From: Ginkgo biloba
Taxonomy: Eukaryota > Plantae > Ginkgophyta
Length of the DNA: 27,294 nt
Direction: 5' to 3'
Assembly (NCBI GenBank): GCA_024626585.2
Contig: JANKJI020000004.1
Location: 12,754,434 to 12,781,727 of the forward strand
Part shown: in pieces, positions 22,756 through 27,294 of the stretch
Layout of the letters: every line of letters begins with the position of its first letter
How positions within the stretch are numbered: the first letter of the stretch is position 1
The notes under the pieces: generated by a model
Told to the model about the DNA's origin: nothing
Database searches by the model: none
The model's input: the letters and a program-made list of their open reading frames with translations, nothing else
Program-made: the position numbers and the translations under genes

Positions 22756-24298
22756 TTATATCTGTGACAATTATTTGCCANNNNNNNNNNNNNNNNNNNN
22801 NNNNNNNNNNNNNNNNNNNNNNNNNNNNNNNNNNNNNNNNNNNNNNNNNNNNNNNNNNNNNNNNNNNNNNNNNNNNNNNNATTTCCTACTTCTCACTTTC
22901 TAGAGAATGACCTAAACTTAAGAGAAGATTAATTAAAAGGCATGACATCAGACACTTGGGAGCAACAATTGGCACAAAACAAGCATAATAGATTCTTGAT
23001 ATTAAGTTTGGCAAGCAATATGGGAAGCCACTTTCATTTTATTCCTTAAAATATTGTTCTTGATCAATTTTTATTTTGGAAACTTACACAAAGCATATTT
23101 GAAGAGGATTATCGTGCTTAGAATATGATAATTTTTAATGAAGCTTAGAGTTACACTAGCTTCAAGGGTTTAAAACCATAACAATAATTTTTCAGTTGTA
23201 TCATTGTACTTATAAATAAATCTTGCAATTGGATTCTGTTCTTGTAGTACTCTATATTTTAAGAGCAAAAACTAACCTACTTACTAAGCACTATTCAATA
23301 AACTTATTAAATTAATGTTCTCAAGTAATTATTAGAAAATGATCTAAAATCAAAATGAAGTGAATTCATGTAGGGATTTAATAGGAGGCCTATGTCTGAA
23401 ATTAAAAGGTAAACAAGGACTTATGCACACAACTTGCTAGGTGTTTGTAGACTCAAGAGCAAGAAACAAAAAGGAGCATGTTCCATATACAAGAACAAAG
23501 GTCATGTAGCATGTGAATTGTACAAAATAAAAAGGCGGCCACAAATTCTATCATTAGTCCATATACACCCTTGCACAATCACAACTTCACAAGGGACCCT
23601 AGCATATAGTTGTTATGTGTTCAATTCTTAATCTAACATTTGTTTGATGTCTTAGAATTTGGTAGGTCTATATTAGATATGTTGTTAATTATGTATACCA
23701 TATTATAGTGTATCCACTTTGGATATGCCATTACTTCATGCTAGAAATATGCCCAAAACTCCAGTGGACATGGACAAGGATGAGGGAACTTTGGAGGCTA
23801 TTGCGGCATGTAAGGTATCAAGGTACAATTATAATTTATCAATAAAACCACTATATGTCCACTACATGAAGTTCTTAGAATGGTGCCATTGTTCATGAGA
23901 TTATCTGTTCAATGAAGATGATAGGGGGTTTTATTGTAAAGAATGTGACCCACACAACCGTGATTGGGAGAACTATACAAAATGGCATATATGTCAATTT
24001 ATTAAAGTTTAATTATGTACATGGAGGTATAGGCAATCAAATATTATGACATCAATGTTTGTATATGAAACACAAATAAAATAACCATCTCAACAAGAAC
24101 AACCAAGACTGGATTTTGTAACCCTAAGGAGGAGGAGGATCATTTCCTCTCCACAAAAGAAGAATTCGAAGAAATTGAGAAGGTAGTCAGTGAGAGATAC
24201 GAAGAGGCACAATAATTGGTAGAGGAAACTATAAAAAACAAAAATTGAATTGTGAAATATAAAGCAGTGAATGGTTTAGAGACACATTAGGGGCTTAC

Positions 24299-24687
24299 CC
24301 AACTAAATCAGCTGCCAGGACTGCCTTCAGTAGCTCAGAACGTGAGGGCAGTGTTCTGTATATCTCTGAAGAAGGAAAGGGGGTATGCAGGAACCATCCA
24401 ACCTTCATATGACTGTCATACTCCTTCAAACACTTTGGAAGAAACATAAGATGATAGTCATGACACCAAACCACATCCCCTTCTTTGTAGTGAGAATATA
24501 CGACATCAGCAAACATCTGGTTAGCCTTCTTATAGGCATCAAATTGAGACTGCAAACTACGAGTAGCAGCAAGTCGATCCTCTTGAGGAAGCCCAAGGTA
24601 GTGGAAAAGTGGCCATAGAACATTATTACAGTAGCCATTGTAGTACTGGTGAACGATCTCCTCATCAAGGAACACTGGTATGCAGCA
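24299..24687 (-). CDS. TPS1: Class I trehalose-6-phosphate synthase (TPS1-like), internal exon A (CCIPVFLDEEIVHQYYNGYCNNVLWPLFHY...WCHDYHLMFLP...VGWFLHTPFPSSEIYRTLP...AADLVG)
   Basis: Near-identical to plant class I TPS GT20 motifs (YYNGYCN..LWPLFHY, WCHDYHL, GWFLHTPFPSSE). Acceptor ttcag|TGC at 24689-24688, donor GG|gtaagc at 24298. 389 nt, phase 0 to phase 2. The ORF track's N-terminal extension to 24756 is intronic. Confidence 0.97.
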
Positions 24688-27294
24688 CTGAACCCAACAA
24701 CAAACAATTAGAAAGCACATCGTGAAAAGAAACCCAGGAACAGAAAATAGCTGCATCTCATTACTTCATTCTCGTCTAAACAAACTCATGAAGTAATATC
24801 TACTAGAACAACTCAAAATGTAAAACACTTCATTATCTTAGTCTTGNNNNNNNNNNNNNNNNNNNNNNNNNNACATATAAAATGTTCAAACTAGATTCAA
24901 CAAGTTAATAATTAAAAAACTAATGAATATTTATAGGCCAACAATTAAGCCAGCTAAAAACTAGACCATACAAAGTGCTTTTACGTAACTAAACATATTT
25001 ACTTAGACCCAACAATTAAGCACTTGCTTTAGTAAATCCAATGTTAAACAACTGGAATGTATCTGATGACCACACATGCCATTGGAATGAGATGTATTGT
25101 GATCACTAATTATTGTTTTATCAACATAAATCTGTGGAATGGACCTTCACAGTTTGCAAGCTTCAAAATGTGACAATGTTTATACTGGCATACAGAAATT
25201 AATCTCTTTCCCGACAGGTAAAACCTAAAAGCATAGCTATCAAATAGGTGGAAATTTTAGAAAATACACATCTTTTCATGTATCTTTTACCTGGCCATAT
25301 TGATACATGTTATTTTTATGTATTTTTCTTTACTGCCAATCAATGATCGTGAACCTAAAATTAGGAGTTTCAAAGTTGTTTATTGATGTCTATATGTTTC
25401 TACTTCAGTAAATTCCTTGAAAAGCTTCTATTTTACTTCTTTTATGAATTTACAAATGGTGTATTGTTTTCCGTTGCATCTATTGATATATGTTTTTGTA
25501 ATTTCAGCTGATATGATTTTTCTCTGAATTCGTCTTTTGTCTTTAAATCTTGACCTTCTGAGCAGAGATACAATTTCAACATTATTGTTAATATCCAAGA
25601 TAGGATTTGACCTTGGCCTCAATTTCTTGTTTTCTATGGGACATTTAATGGGATATTCTAAACAAATATTGCCATATATTCCTATAATTCCCAGTACACA
25701 AAATGTTGGCATATTTTCCCAGTTCGCATATTTCCTGTATCTCTCATACCTCATAAATATGCTTAAGATATTGAATACATGAGATGAGTACTGATTACCA
25801 ATGTTGACACAACCAATTTTTCCAACTTGTTCATCCATTGGAAGGACATTTACACTTTGCAAGCTTCAAACTTNNNNNNNNNNNNNNNNNNNNNNNNNNN
25901 NNNNNNNNNNNNNNNNNNNNNNNNNNNNNNNNNNNNNNNNNNNNNNNNNNNNNNNNNNNNNNNNNNNNNNNNNTTAGGAATTTTAATTTCACTTATAGTA
26001 TGATCTCTGATATCTATTATTAATCCACACCTATGATTTCCAATTGACATGGTTTTACTTTTGATTTACATACAAATATATAAATTAAATCCTTCTTTGG
26101 TTTTCAATTATGTAATATCTTCTTATAGAGCCTAGATCATAGAGATTATTTATTTCAAGTCTGAGGTCACCTGCCTGTGTTCCTACTATGTTAGTAATTG
26201 TACTTCGACAATCCATGAGACTAATGTCAGTGAAGATAGTCTAGTAGAACAATGATACCATTAGAGATAAGAATAAAATATTGTGCATAGAAGGAAATTT
26301 TTGTGTTGAGTGACTTGGGAAGAGATATCCAAGTGATCAAAATGTATCTCTAATAAATATCATTTCGAATAATCTCATTCATCTCCTTTTTGTCTGGAAG
26401 GAGATGTGGGGGTGCATCCAAGGAGTACTTGAAAGGGGGCAAATGATCAATAGCCATGCCCAAAGCCTATAGCATTCCAAATATCTCAACATACCAACAC
26501 TATCTACAAGTTGTTTGAGCAGAGGTCACCAACTGTTGAGAGGAGCAAAGGGCAAGGTAAGGATACCTATTTCTCCCAGAAGTAGTATCAGCCATGCATT
26601 TGACCCTGTGAAGATTAGAGGTGAACCTTAAAATAGTCTCTAACTGCAATGAACGAGTGTTAAATTCGACCTGAATAATGCAGTGGAGTACCGTACATTT
26701 GCAACATATGATCCATTCAAGAATAATGGTTTGTACTCTCTCAATGCATGCCTAGTCCGATTGGCATAGGCTTGGGCCCCAAATCTCTAAACCATATAAG
26801 ATTGTGGGTTTGACAATAGTGTCAGATAGATGCATCTTTGACACTATCCTGAAAATGAAGTTTATATTCCATTCTATATAAACTATTGTAACTTGACTTC
26901 AAAAATCTAAGAGAGAATCTAAGTGAATTTGGGATTTCCAACATCTTGTCTCTTAATTGTGCAATTATTTTTGAAGTGTTGAAGGCTCAAAAAATTACAC
27001 TAGGATCATATTATGATTAATTAAGATTCATCTAGGGAAGTAAATTGCAAAAATTAATTTAAAATAGGAACTTATCAATTGCTTTGCCCGGATTGATAAA
27101 TTAAGTACCCATCAGAGAAATCGCTCTAGATTAATCCACATTACTTGCTAACAAAAATTGGTCAAAGCCTTGCATAAATTAGTGCAATCATAATTAAATT
27201 CGACAACTTAATGATGACACTATCAATAATTAATCAATGTGCAAAGCAGGCCTCATTCTAATAAGCATAAGTTGACTAAGGGCTAACTCCCACA

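Noticed and set aside
25153-25870. 15-bp direct repeat TTTGCAAGCTTCAAA (25153 and 25856) with weak flanking similarity
   Set aside because: The second copy abuts a gap. I cannot tell a TSD, an LTR remnant and a local duplication apart.
24688-27294. Search for the upstream TPS1 exon (..WIGWAGVNVPDE..ALAEK), and in 1-4356 for the downstream FAGAAQSLGAGA exon
   Set aside because: Neither was found by eye. They presumably lie outside the window or in gaps, so no feature is called.

Overview
Eukaryotic land-plant genomic DNA from a gappy draft assembly (18 N-runs, many exactly 100 N). The whole window lies inside one minus-strand class I trehalose-6-phosphate synthase gene (TPS1-like, GT20 domain). 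Five exons are intact with GT-AG borders and consistent phases (24687-24299, 20400-20286, 14143-14055, 4897-4849, 4457-4357). One expected exon is missing and probably sits in the 19562-20114 gap. One exon (VMLGVDRLD...PE) is split: its 5' part is at 17923-17810 and its true 3' end plus donor reappears at 16107-16099. Between these lies a degraded, spliced (processed) TPS1 copy, so the locus is either a gene/retro-pseudogene assembly chimera or a real cDNA-derived insertion. The very long introns (up to ~9.2 kb) hold retroelement relics: a chromoviral Ty3/gypsy 3' end with LTR, LINE RT, Ty1/copia gag and integrase, a solo LTR with a perfect 5-bp TSD, and a captured eEF1A fragment. Long TE-filled introns suggest a large-genome plant such as a gymnosperm (inference). 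I see no support for a novel multi-gene system. The most interesting signals are the processed TPS1 self-copy and the eEF1A capture. Comparisons to Arabidopsis proteins are from memory, not from a search.
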